From the NCBI GenBank assembly GCA_963754875.1, contig CAVWHO010000020.1, forward strand, positions 401,405-465,404: 64,000 nt of DNA, in the 5' to 3' direction. The stretch is from Nitrospirota bacterium (lineage in GTDB: Bacteria > Nitrospirota > UBA9217). This document shows positions 42,683-52,416 of the stretch, piece by piece (positions within the stretch are counted from its first letter, which is position 1; each line of letters opens with the position of its first letter). The notes below the pieces were generated by a model that was not told the origin of the DNA, did not search any database, and saw only the letters and a list, made by a program, of their open reading frames with translations. The position numbers were made by a program, and so were the translations under genes.

Positions 42683-43372
42683 ATGGAACCGATCGTGATC
42701 TGCAGTAAGCTGAGCAAGGTCTACGGCGAAGGCGCGACCGAGGTGCACGCCCTGCGTGACGTGGACCTGGAAATTCGGAAAGGCGAGTTCCTGAGCCTGT
42801 CCGGTCCGTCCGGTTCGGGCAAGACCACGCTTCTCAACCACATCGGCGGGCTCGACCGGCCTACGAGCGGCGAAGTCACGGTTGACGGGCAGAAGCTCAA
42901 TGAGCTGGACAAGGGGACGCTTGCTGATCTGCGGCTCAAAAAGATCGGGTTCGTGTTCCAGGCCTATAACCTGATCCCGGTCTTGAGCGCCTATGAAAAC
43001 GTGGAGTTCATTCTCCAATTGCAGGGCGTGGGTGCGCAAAAGCGCCGCGCACGGGCGCGCGAAATGCTCGCCGAGGTCGGGTTGGAGGGGCTCGGCAACC
43101 GCAGGCCGGGCGAGCTCTCAGGAGGACAGCAGCAGCGCGTTGCCGTCGCCCGCGCCATGGCTTCCACGCCCGCTATCATCCTCGCGGATGAACCGAGCGC
43201 GAACCTCGATTCCAATGCAACGGATGGCCTGCTCGCGCTCATGAGCAGGCTGAACGAAACACGCGGAGTAACGTTCTGCGTTGCGAGTCACGATCCGCGC
43301 GTTATCGCACATACGCGGCGGAAGGTGCGTCTGCGCGACGGCGGGATTGAAACGGATGAACGAATCTCATGA
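42683..43372 (+). CDS. ABC transporter ATP-binding protein (LolD-like)
   Basis: GPSGSGKT, LSGGQQQRV, ADEP. Confidence 0.95.
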   Translation: MEPIVICSKLSKVYGEGATEVHALRDVDLEIRKGEFLSLSGPSGSGKTTLLNHIGGLDRPTSGEVTVDGQKLNELDKGTLADLRLKKIGFVFQAYNLIPVLSAYENVEFILQLQGVGAQKRRARAREMLAEVGLEGLGNRRPGELSGGQQQRVAVARAMASTPAIILADEPSANLDSNATDGLLALMSRLNETRGVTFCVASHDPRVIAHTRRKVRLRDGGIETDERIS

Positions 43373-44634
43373 GAAGATGCCGGGGACCGTTGTTCATCGC
43401 CCTTTGCCTCGTGCTTTCAGTCCATGAGGCTGCCCATGCGGGAATCAAGGGCGAGGTCGATCTGGAGAGCGGGTATGCAGCCAATACCCATGACAGCCTG
43501 GACGCGGCTCTTGGCGAGCAGCGCCGATGGGACCAGTCATTGACAGCCCGGTTCATGTGGTCGGATACGTTTTCGTCGGGCTGGAATTTCGATGCCGCGT
43601 ATCTCGCTGTTGCGCGCTACGGCCTTGGCGTGGAGCTGCTGCGCAAGGAGCGCGCGAACGACCCGTTCTTTCCCGTTGATCCGGACCGGACTGCTTTGTG
43701 GCATCTGAACCATGTCCTGACTGATCGCGATCAGACGTACACCGAACATCGTCTCGACCGGTTGTCAGCTGGCTACAGCACCAGCCACCTCGTGCTGAAG
43801 GTCGGACGCCAGGCGCTCACCTGGGGCAGCGGCCTCGTGTTCCACCCCATGGACCTGTTCAATCCCTTCCCCCCGAACGCAACCTACACAGCATACAAGC
43901 CGGGCACGGACATGCTCTATGGACAATGGCTGTTCGAAAGCGGATCGGATGTCCAGGGCGTGGCCGTTCCCCGGCGCGATCTGAATACGGGCAATGTCAC
44001 GGAAGACCAATCATCAGCCGGGATCAAGTGGCATGGTTTCTTCGGTCGGGACCAGACGATCAGCATGGACCTGCTGCTGGCACAGAACTACCGGACGCAG
44101 GTGTTCGGGGTCGGCGTGAGCGGCCCTTTGAGCGGCGCAACCTGGAATGTCGAGGTTGTGCCGACGCGCAGTGACGACAATTCCGTGCTCACCTCGTTTC
44201 TTGCCAACGCTCAATATGCATGGGTAGGGAATGAAAAGAACGTGAACGCGTATATCGAATACTTCCATAACAGCTTCGGCGTGAGCGGAACCGGGCATAC
44301 GTTGTCCGACCTTCCGGTATCACTGACCGAACGACTCAGCCGCGGCGAGCTTTTCACGATGTCGAGCAATTACCTCGGAACAGGTGTCGATATCCAGTGG
44401 ACGCCGCTATGGGACTTGAAACCGTCGGTCATCTCGAATCTCGACGACGCCAGCATACTGCTGATCGGGCAGGCGATCTACAGCCTTACGCAAAACACGA
44501 ACCTGACCTTGGGATTTCAATGGGGCCTTGGCGGCCGGGGGACCGAGTACGGCGGCCTGGAGACTGTGCAGGGATCAGGAATCTATGCAGTTCCAGCCAA
44601 TCAAGCCTACATTAGGCTTACTTGGTATTTCTAA
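43369..44634 (+). CDS. Putative outer-membrane beta-barrel protein
   Basis: Signal peptide, 'GRQALTWG', C-terminal 'RLTWYF'. Confidence 0.75.
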   Translation: MRRCRGPLFIALCLVLSVHEAAHAGIKGEVDLESGYAANTHDSLDAALGEQRRWDQSLTARFMWSDTFSSGWNFDAAYLAVARYGLGVELLRKERANDPFFPVDPDRTALWHLNHVLTDRDQTYTEHRLDRLSAGYSTSHLVLKVGRQALTWGSGLVFHPMDLFNPFPPNATYTAYKPGTDMLYGQWLFESGSDVQGVAVPRRDLNTGNVTEDQSSAGIKWHGFFGRDQTISMDLLLAQNYRTQVFGVGVSGPLSGATWNVEVVPTRSDDNSVLTSFLANAQYAWVGNEKNVNAYIEYFHNSFGVSGTGHTLSDLPVSLTERLSRGELFTMSSNYLGTGVDIQWTPLWDLKPSVISNLDDASILLIGQAIYSLTQNTNLTLGFQWGLGGRGTEYGGLETVQGSGIYAVPANQAYIRLTWYF

Positions 44635-45115
44635 TTGTAAATATTATTTCGTGTGAAGATACTTCTCATTCAGAGAAAAGTAGTGAGCGAAAGTAAAAAG
44701 ATAAGATCGATGAGGAGAACGGCGTGGAACATGATGATGCCAACAATTTAGTTCGAGAGGCCACGAAAACTGCGGACCGCAGGGCTGTCATGTATAATTT
44801 TTCAACCTGAATTCTGCAGTGATTTTTTGTCAACGGGACCGCAAGATTGTAGGTGAAAGTCGCAAAATCCGGCATCATTTCTTTGCGCAGTTGAATTCAG
44901 TTGAATGCAAAATTAATTGCTCATTAACCGCATAAAATCAAGACTTCAGACAGAACTCATCATCCGCTGCATTACTAAAATATATTCTAAAATATATTCC
45001 TCTCTGATCTTCAGATAAATCGCTAGTTCAATTCTGAAGTGAAACACGTTGGTATGCAGGAAGTGATCTACGGTCCGTGTGGGAAAGAACTGCTTAAACG
45101 CATGACATTTTGCAA

Positions 45116-45304
45116 CTATTCCCGGGTAATTCCTGCTTTCGATCGTGCTTTTAATAGCGCCTCCAATTCCGCATAATCATTTTCAAGCGAATCGTATGCG
45201 GTCCTTACCTCGGGTTTTGACAGCAGACGTGTATTATCCTCGGTAGTATGAGGAAGGGGTTTGAATTGTTCCGACATCAGTTTATCAAAGCGTTTTTTAT
45301 CCAT
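45116..45304 (-). pseudogene. Truncated HigA-like antitoxin remnant
   Basis: 'KPLPH...VRTAYDSLENDY...ARSKAGITRE*' resembles the N-half of 31224-31607. Confidence 0.55.
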
Positions 45305-45525
45305 GATGTACCTGTGGAGAAACGACAGCAGCGGATTTGGAATTCCCTATCGAAATATAAAGATGCTTACGTATCTCTCGAATATTTCAATGAAAATATT
45401 TGACGAGATTTTATTCAGCAGATATTTTTTTGCAAACTCCCAAGAAATGAACTTCACAATAACTTCACACGAAATAGAAAAGGGGACAGCTGGCTTCAGC
45501 TAACCTCTTAATCTAATTATTTATT

Positions 45526-45571
45526 TTGGTGGAGCTGAGGGGGATCGAACCCCTGACCCCAAGACTGCCAG
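45526..45571 (-). repeat. att site: 46-bp direct repeat of tRNA-Ala 3' half
   Basis: Identical to 61565-61610. Confidence 0.95.
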
Positions 45572-45833
45572 ACAAGCCTGGAAAATAAGGGATTTTGGAT
45601 ATTATTGAACTTTCAATAACTTGATTCCCAAAAGGTGGTTCGGAAAAGGCTGTCAAAGACGTAAAACTAACCGCTTTGAACCTGGTACAGTAACTGGCAC
45701 AGTGACACAGGCGAAATGCTCATAGGCCCTCGGTCGCCGCCCGAGGGCCTGTTCTCTGTGATTTTGCAGAACGCAATGAGGTGAGACTTTCAAACGTTTT
45801 CATTGAACCGTTATAATACTGAAAAGCCAATTA

Positions 45834-46526
45834 TCAGGATGCTAGCGCTGAGAGTCTGTCCTGCGATTTGATCAAGATGTATTTATCCTCGAAATCGATC
45901 AGCCCATCGTTCTTCATCTTGTTGAGCGTTGTAGTGACCGTCTCCCGAGTAGACGCGATGAGGTCGGCATAGTCCTTGTGAGTGAGCTTGATCTGCAGCA
46001 GATACCCGTTCTTGTGCGGCACGCCGAAATCTTCAAGCAGATTGATGAACGTCTTGGCCAGCCGCTGTTCGACCGTCCGGTAGAGAAGGTCAAGCAGCTT
46101 GTTCTCGATCTTCCACCGCTTGAGCCCGATCATTTTCGACAGCCTGATGGCAAGGCCCGGCACCATCTGGATGAGGCGTTCGAAATTCTCCTTCGTCATG
46201 ATGCACAGGAGCGCGTCTTCCACGACCACCGCTGATTCATCACGTTCCTGCGGATCGATGACCGACATCTCTCCGAACATGCTGCCGCCGGAAAAGATAT
46301 CCAGGATGATCTCGTTCCCTTGAGGAGTCAGCTTCGTGATCTTGACAGCGCCTTTTTTCAGGAGATATACATTCTTGTCCGACGCGCCCTGCAAATAGAG
46401 GACATCTCCCTTGCTGACTTCTTTCATGCTGGAATACTGGTCGATCATCTTGTATTCTTCCGTGCGCATCTGGCTGAAGATGTCGAGGTTTTTCAAATAC
46501 CACAGTTTTGTGCGTTCAGGTGACAT
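45834..46526 (-). CDS. Crp/Fnr family transcriptional regulator
   Basis: cNMP-like domain 'FGEMS', HTH 'ADLIASTRETVT'. Confidence 0.92.
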   Translation of the reverse strand: MSPERTKLWYLKNLDIFSQMRTEEYKMIDQYSSMKEVSKGDVLYLQGASDKNVYLLKKGAVKITKLTPQGNEIILDIFSGGSMFGEMSVIDPQERDESAVVVEDALLCIMTKENFERLIQMVPGLAIRLSKMIGLKRWKIENKLLDLLYRTVEQRLAKTFINLLEDFGVPHKNGYLLQIKLTHKDYADLIASTRETVTTTLNKMKNDGLIDFEDKYILIKSQDRLSALAS

Positions 46527-46594
46527 AGTTTGTAATCCTTTGAAAAGTGTGTCTATCTTAAGCTGGGCTCATCATACCCGATCGACCGGAAAAC

Positions 46595-46616
46595 GTATGT
46601 AAGCCCCCTTACATAC
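46595..46616. promoter_or_regulatory. Crp/Fnr-type binding site
   Basis: GTATGTAAG-CCCC-CTTACATAC (TGTAA-N6-TTACA) in the divergent intergenic region. Confidence 0.65.
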
Positions 46617-46722
46617 ACTTTCCTTGTCTTAGTGTAGCATACCCTCAAATGAAAGACACGGATTGCGGACCCGGCTGAACGAAACCGGGGCACGCAATCA
46701 GAAAGAAAAGGAGGACAGGACA

Positions 46723-47181
46723 ATGACGATACTCTGGGGAAATGCGATAATCGCCGGATTGGCAGGAACAGCGGCAATGACAGTATTGATGTACATGGCC
46801 AAGGCAATGGGCCTGCCGATGGATATGCTGAGAATTCTTGGGCTGATGTTCACGCGGCCTGAGAACAAAACGGGCACATATATCGTGGGGCTTATGGCCC
46901 ACTTCATGAATGGTGTGATCTTTGCCGTGATATATGCTTTCCTGTTCGCGGTTCTGGGAGTGTCCGGCTGGACATGGGGCCTGGTTTTCGGCGCGGTACA
47001 CGGCGTAATGGCGGGACTTGCGATGGGCATGATGCATGTGGTACATCCGAACATGGGTCCGGGCAAGGAGCTACCGACCCTTGGTCTGTTCGCGAAGAAC
47101 ATCAGCCCGATGGCTCCGGTAGGGCTGATCATGCTGCATCTGGTGTACGGCGCTATCGTTGGAGTGATATACGCGGCGTAG
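46723..47181 (+). CDS. 4-TM His/Met-containing membrane protein
   Basis: 'AGLAGTAAMT','AHFMNG','HLVYG'. Confidence 0.8.
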   Translation: MTILWGNAIIAGLAGTAAMTVLMYMAKAMGLPMDMLRILGLMFTRPENKTGTYIVGLMAHFMNGVIFAVIYAFLFAVLGVSGWTWGLVFGAVHGVMAGLAMGMMHVVHPNMGPGKELPTLGLFAKNISPMAPVGLIMLHLVYGAIVGVIYAA

Positions 47182-47309
47182 CCTCGGTATAAGATGATAA
47201 AGAGAGAGGGTCTTGTGAACGTCTGTTTGTCGTTATACGGAAGCGGTGATGTTTGTGGAGGGGCAGGCGTACCGGCAATCGGTCCACAGAATGGTTAAGG
47301 CAATGCTGA

Positions 47310-48320
47310 TCAGCTATCCTCCACTGGTCCCGGGACGCCTGCTCCCGGCCTGAATCCGAATAAACTCAACAAAATGAAGGCCGCGCTTCCGATTGCCACA
47401 TGCCACGGGAAAGACCACAAATTTTTAGCCGGTATGATCATCGGCAGCAGCGCAATGGCGGCGGCCGGCGGGAAGGACAGCCTCAGCGTGTGAAAGAACA
47501 GATAAACCGATGTCATGGACAGCCCGGCGGAAATCCATACCGGCCACTGCAGGCGAGTTCCCACATACAGCCAAAACACGCCGGAAAAGGCTGCGAGAAC
47601 GAGCAGCACGAAGATCGTTCCGGATTTTTGACGCAAGGTTCCGTGCGGCTTCGACAATTCGACAAAAGCGACGATCAAGGGGGGAGCTATCACGAACATC
47701 CCGTGATATTTGATCGCAAAAGCGGCGACAATCAATACGGCGGCTAAAAGCTTTGTCCAGTGGCGGAAATCGCCAAAATCCTCTTTTGGGGTCAATTTCC
47801 CTTTCCCCGGCGCTGCGATGTCAATAACATTTGCTCCATCATTAATACGATCCAGCGTATGACGCCCGAGAACGATGATTCCGGTCAGAATGCTTACAGA
47901 GAGAGGATAGTACCAGCTGTCGCACCGGAGGATGATCGGCAAGATCGCGGCGGAAAGAGACGGCAGCACCGTGGAACGCAGCAGTTTCATCTGCACCGCG
48001 ACCAAAATGAAAGCCGCCGCAAGCGCAAGGTAGGGTGACGAGGGAATCAATCGCAGAAGCACGACCCCGGTCAAGGCGGCTAAAGAAGGAGACAACCAGA
48101 GGTGGTGGTTCCGGCTTTCCCAGGGCGACTTATTCATCACCCATGCGCCGAATGAGAGAGCGGCAATCTCCGGAAAGATGATCTCCTTCTCCTGGGCAAG
48201 GCCCGCGGCTGCCACCATGACCACGACAAGCAGAATGGCCAGGGGCTGCACGCGTTTGTTTATTTTCATAGGCAAAATGAAGTTCCCCAGATCAGTCGTA
48301 ACGAAATCGATAGCAAGCAT
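47310..48320 (-). CDS. HPP-like integral membrane protein
   Basis: Multi-TM, 'IIFPEIAAL','APPLIVAF','FPPAAAIALLP'; start uncertain. Confidence 0.7.
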   Translation of the reverse strand: MLAIDFVTTDLGNFILPMKINKRVQPLAILLVVVMVAAAGLAQEKEIIFPEIAALSFGAWVMNKSPWESRNHHLWLSPSLAALTGVVLLRLIPSSPYLALAAAFILVAVQMKLLRSTVLPSLSAAILPIILRCDSWYYPLSVSILTGIIVLGRHTLDRINDGANVIDIAAPGKGKLTPKEDFGDFRHWTKLLAAVLIVAAFAIKYHGMFVIAPPLIVAFVELSKPHGTLRQKSGTIFVLLVLAAFSGVFWLYVGTRLQWPVWISAGLSMTSVYLFFHTLRLSFPPAAAIALLPMIIPAKNLWSFPWHVAIGSAAFILLSLFGFRPGAGVPGPVEDS

Positions 48321-48481
48321 ACTATCACTTTAAGAAAGAATTTTCAAATTGTCGATTTCTAAGCCGGGGGATTTATACCATGAATAATTTTGTGATATAC
48401 TAAACATACCGGTCGTTCGGTTTTATACGGTGAAGCACATGAAGGCGGGAATACGTAAAAATCATCCGGCGGGAGGCGCTG

Positions 48482-48958
48482 ATGAGAAACGACCCATGCA
48501 GATTACTGGATACAGGCGATCAATTCCCGCCGATGGATATTCCTACCGTACAAGGCGATAGAATCATCCTACCTGATTATTTCACTGGTCACTGGAACGT
48601 GTTCCTGATCTACCGGGGACATTGGTGAACGTTCTGCCGCCAGCAGTTGCTGGAATTTCAGAAGACCATTGCCGAGTTTGACCGCAGGCATATCAACGTC
48701 GTTGCCGCATCAGCAGACCCCGTGGAAGAGGCGGCAAATACGGTCAGCAAATACGGAATTACCTTTCCCGTGGGATACGGCCTCTCGCCGGCCGATGTCT
48801 CAACGGCAACCGGCGCCTTCTTTAATCCCGAAAAACACTTTATTCATGCGGCAGGATTTATCATTGGACCGGATGGCAAAGTGGAGAATGCCGTATACAG
48901 CAGCAGATCTATAGGCCGTTTGACTGCAAAGGACTGTTTGGCATTCATCAAATCCTGA
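48482..48958 (+). CDS. AhpC/TSA peroxiredoxin-like selenoprotein (UxxC; TGA 48626-48628)
   Basis: RBS+ATG 48482 reads 'YRGHW*TFCRQQL' in frame with ORF 48647-48958. Confidence 0.85.
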
Positions 48959-49023
48959 TAATGAGCGGATAGCCCGCTTATCGGCCGATTTGTGCGAAAA
49001 TAAAGATAGTCGAGGTGATCGGC

Positions 49024-49611
49024 ATGCCGACAAAAGGGACAATGACAAAAGAGAAAATCCTCCGCGAGGCTATCGGCCTTTTTCATCAACGAGGGATCGA
49101 AGCGACGAGCATCAACGATCTGCAGTCCGCCACGGGGATGACGAAAGGCAGCCTTTATTTTCACTTCAAGAACAAGGATGCCGTGGCGAAAGCCGCGATT
49201 CGCAAAGCCGGCTTGGAATTCCTCGTTTTTCTCGACACTGCTCTGGCCGGAAAAACTCCCGGTGAAAGACTGGATAACTTCTTCCGAAGGGTCGTTGAGA
49301 AGCACAAGGCACTGCGGTTTGTCGGCGGCTGAATCTTCGGGAATGCCGCTCTGGAGATGAGCGACAAAGACAGGGATATGGCGGAGCTCGTGAACGGAGT
49401 ATTCGATGAGTGGCAAAAGAAAGTCAGGCAGGTTGTAGCGGCTTCTCAGAAAAACCGCCAGGTTCGAACCGATCTTTCAGCCGATATCCTTTCCCGCCAT
49501 ATCATCATGACGATAGAAGGCGGCATCATGCTGGCCAGGCTCAAGAAAAGCGAGAAACATCTCAGGGAATCCCTAATATCGCTGAGAACCCTCCTGGGGT
49601 TGAAGATTTAA
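49024..49611 (+). CDS. TetR/AcrR regulator, putative selenoprotein (TGA 49330-49332)
   Basis: HTH 'GMTKGSLYFHFKNK' in frame through 'VGG*IFGNAALEM' with the C-terminal TetR domain. Confidence 0.8.
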
Positions 49612-49741
49612 GAACCATGTAAGGATCATTACATACCATAAAGCGTTTGCATGGTATCGTGTTTGCAGACGGTAAATCATATTTCAATGCGAGCGGCAAT
49701 AAACACCATGAACCAATAACGCGGAGAGAAGGAGACGAGCA

Positions 49742-50074
49742 ATGACTGATTATTACAAAGCGGAGGACCTGGACAAGTTCGGCGATGTGGGCAAGCACAA
49801 TCCCGCCCTCTTCAAGAAGTTTATTGACTGGTACACATCGGCGCTGGAACCGGGAAAGCTTACCAAGCGCGAAAAGGTGCTGATCGGAGTCGGCGTAGCC
49901 CACGTCATTCAATGCCCCTACTGCATCGACGCGTATACCAAATCCTGCCTTGAAGAAGGCATGAGCCTGGAGCACATCACCGAAGCTGTGCATGTTGCGT
50001 CGGCCATTCGCGGGGGAGCTTCGCTGATCCACACGCTGCAGGCGCACAATGCAGTTGAACGGAATTCTCTTTAA
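49742..50074 (+). CDS. AhpD/CMD peroxidase-like protein associated with ArsS
   Basis: 'REKVLIGVGVAHVIQCPYCIDAY'; immediately upstream of arsS. Confidence 0.85.
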   Translation: MTDYYKAEDLDKFGDVGKHNPALFKKFIDWYTSALEPGKLTKREKVLIGVGVAHVIQCPYCIDAYTKSCLEEGMSLEHITEAVHVASAIRGGASLIHTLQAHNAVERNSL

Positions 50075-50099
50075 GCGATCGGAAAGGACTTGACAGGCG

Positions 50100-51053
50100 A
50101 TGATCAGGAAATTCAGTGAAACAATTTTATCCCATGGGCCGCTCAAGGCACTTGAAAGCAAAATTCTGCAGGTCAACCTCGGCTATCGCTGCAACATGGC
50201 CTGCAAGCATTGTCATGTGTCCGGCGGTCCGGCACGGAATGAGATCATGGACCGGGACACCGCTGAACGGGTCCTGCAGGTGCTGCTGAAGAATCCTTTT
50301 GAAACGCTCGATCTCACCGGCGGCGCACCGGAGCTGAACCCGTCCTTTCGCTGGATTGTTGAGGAGGCGCGAAAGGCCGGCCGTCATGTCCTTGTCCGGA
50401 CAAACCTCACGATATTTTATGAGCAGGGAATGGAAGACCTTCCCGAGTTTTATCGGGACCATGGCGTCGAGCTGATCGCATCCCTGCCGTATTATCTGGA
50501 GGACAGCGTTGACCGCGTGCGCGGCAGCGGGGCCTATCAGAAAAGCGTTAATGCCCTCAAAAGGCTGAATGCCCTTGGATACGGACGGGATGCGTCGGGC
50601 CTCGTGATAAGCCTGGTCTACAATCCTCCGGGGCTGTTTGTCGCGCCGGGCCAGTGCGCATTGGAGGCGGAATACAAGAAAGAGCTTGGGGGGCGCTTCG
50701 GCATCGTGTTCAACCGGCTGTACACCTTCACCAATATGCCGATCGGCAGGTTCAGGGATTTCCTGATCAGGACGAACAATCTGGAAAAGTACCTTCAGAA
50801 GCTCGCTGACGCCTTTAATCCGGCAACACTGGAGGGCATCATGTGCAGATATATGGTGAATGTGGGGTGGGATGGAAAACTCTATGATTGCGATTTCAAC
50901 CAAGTGATGGGGCTCCCGACCGGTCCCGGCGCGCCGCCGCATATCAATGAATTCGACTATCAGGCGCTTGCAGGGCGGTCGATCGCGGTAGGTGACCACT
51001 GCTATGGATGTACAGCCGGGCAGGGATCGTCATGAGTAGGCGCGATAGCGTAG
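50100..51053 (+). CDS. arsS: Arsenosugar-biosynthesis radical SAM (seleno)protein ArsS (TGA 51033-51035)
   Basis: CNMACKHCH, 'DLTGGAPEL','DCDFNQ','HCYGCTAGQGSS*VGAIA-TAG'. Confidence 0.85.
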
Positions 51054-51096
51054 CAGGCGGTCGCCTGCAAGGAAATGAACGAAAGGGGTGAGTTCA

Positions 51097-51519
51097 ATGT
51101 CAGAAAAAGTCATTATTCGCCAGAATCGTAATTATGAGACAACCACGATGGCGCTCGATCCGGAAGCGAAGGCCGGGGAAAAGCCACGGTCTGTGTCGAA
51201 CATCAACGAGCTGACGCCGTACGGCATGGTGCTTGCCGGAATCGGCACCTGCACCGGGTTCGTCGTGAACACCTACGCCGAGCATCACGGTCGCAATGTG
51301 GACACTGTGGAAATTCAGCTGTCGTATCAGCGGTCGTTCAAAGAAGACTGCGCTCATTGCGAAGAGATCGACAAGTACGAGGACGTGATCCACATGACTG
51401 TCGGTTTCGAAGGCAACCTAACCGCTCAGGAACGTGATAAACTGTATAAAATATCGTTGCACTGTCCTGTGCATAAGATGGTCAAGAGCGGCATCAGAAT
51501 CCAGTCAGAGCCTGCCTGA
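51097..51519 (+). CDS. OsmC family protein
   Basis: 'TPYGMVLAGIGTCT','DCAHCE','CPVHK'. Confidence 0.85.
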   Translation: MSEKVIIRQNRNYETTTMALDPEAKAGEKPRSVSNINELTPYGMVLAGIGTCTGFVVNTYAEHHGRNVDTVEIQLSYQRSFKEDCAHCEEIDKYEDVIHMTVGFEGNLTAQERDKLYKISLHCPVHKMVKSGIRIQSEPA

Positions 51520-51635
51520 AGAACTGAGTCGTGAGGTTCTGATGAAGGTTGGAGAAGTGCTGGCTGGTCTGGCCAAAACGGCCGTTGCTCCCTGATTGCA
51601 GCATCCGGCCGGGGACCATCGAGACGGGAGGGTTC

Positions 51636-52379
51636 ATGCAGGATCATGCTGATTTGCACAAAGATATGCTGTGTCCCCATTGCGGCTCACGAATCGAGAA
51701 CCATCGCTTCATCAAACGTGCCGATGGGTCGGCCCGCTGTGAACACTGCTATTTTGAAAACACGTATCTGCAAGGCATCGCACAGCAGATAGAAGCGAGC
51801 TATCTCGTGACCCTGGAGGCCTTGGTGAGCACTATCGATGCGCGGGAGCATGAGACCGGCAGTCACTCGCTGCGCGTGACGCAGTTCGCGCTCATCATAG
51901 GCCATTCCTACGGCATCTCCGGTCGGGACCTTGTTGACCTGTACGCAGGAGGGCTGTTGCACGACATCGGCAAGATCGGCGTGCCTGACGCCGTGCTCCT
52001 GAAAAAGGGCCCCCTTTTATCCGAAGAAAAAACAACCATGAATGGACATCCGGAAATCGGGTATTCAATCATCAGCCGCATCGGGTACTTTGCCAATTCC
52101 GCAGAGATCGTTCGGTCTCATCATGAGCATTTTGACGGCTCAGGGTATCCGCGCGGGCTAAAGGGTTCGGATATACCGCTCGGTGCACGGATATTTGCCG
52201 TGGCCGACGGCCTCGATGCATTGACCGTCAAGCGACCTTATCGTGAACCGCTTTCATTCGAGGATGCGCAGCAAGAGATTCAGAAAGCGTCGGGAACGAT
52301 ATATGATCCGGCGGTTATTTCCGCCTTTCTGAATGCCGGGAATGAGTTGAGAGAGTATGTCGGCAAAGTTCTCTATTAG
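51636..52379 (+). CDS. HD-GYP domain protein with N-terminal CxxC/CxxC
   Basis: 'LLHDIGK','HHEHFDGSGYP'; CPHC, CEHC. Confidence 0.9.
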   Translation: MQDHADLHKDMLCPHCGSRIENHRFIKRADGSARCEHCYFENTYLQGIAQQIEASYLVTLEALVSTIDAREHETGSHSLRVTQFALIIGHSYGISGRDLVDLYAGGLLHDIGKIGVPDAVLLKKGPLLSEEKTTMNGHPEIGYSIISRIGYFANSAEIVRSHHEHFDGSGYPRGLKGSDIPLGARIFAVADGLDALTVKRPYREPLSFEDAQQEIQKASGTIYDPAVISAFLNAGNELREYVGKVLY

Positions 52380-52416
52380 CTCCATCTCCGTTATGCCGGT
52401 TCAACAGGAGTAAGCG

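Noticed and set aside
39456..42717. Long antisense ORFs over GC-rich genes (also 143-889, 50127-50999, 57107-57925)
   Set aside because: Shadow frames of well-supported genes on the opposite strand
51542..51595. Tiny ORF MKVGEVLAGLAKTAVAP ending in TGA as another selenoprotein
   Set aside because: No Cys-motif context, and read-through gives nothing recognisable
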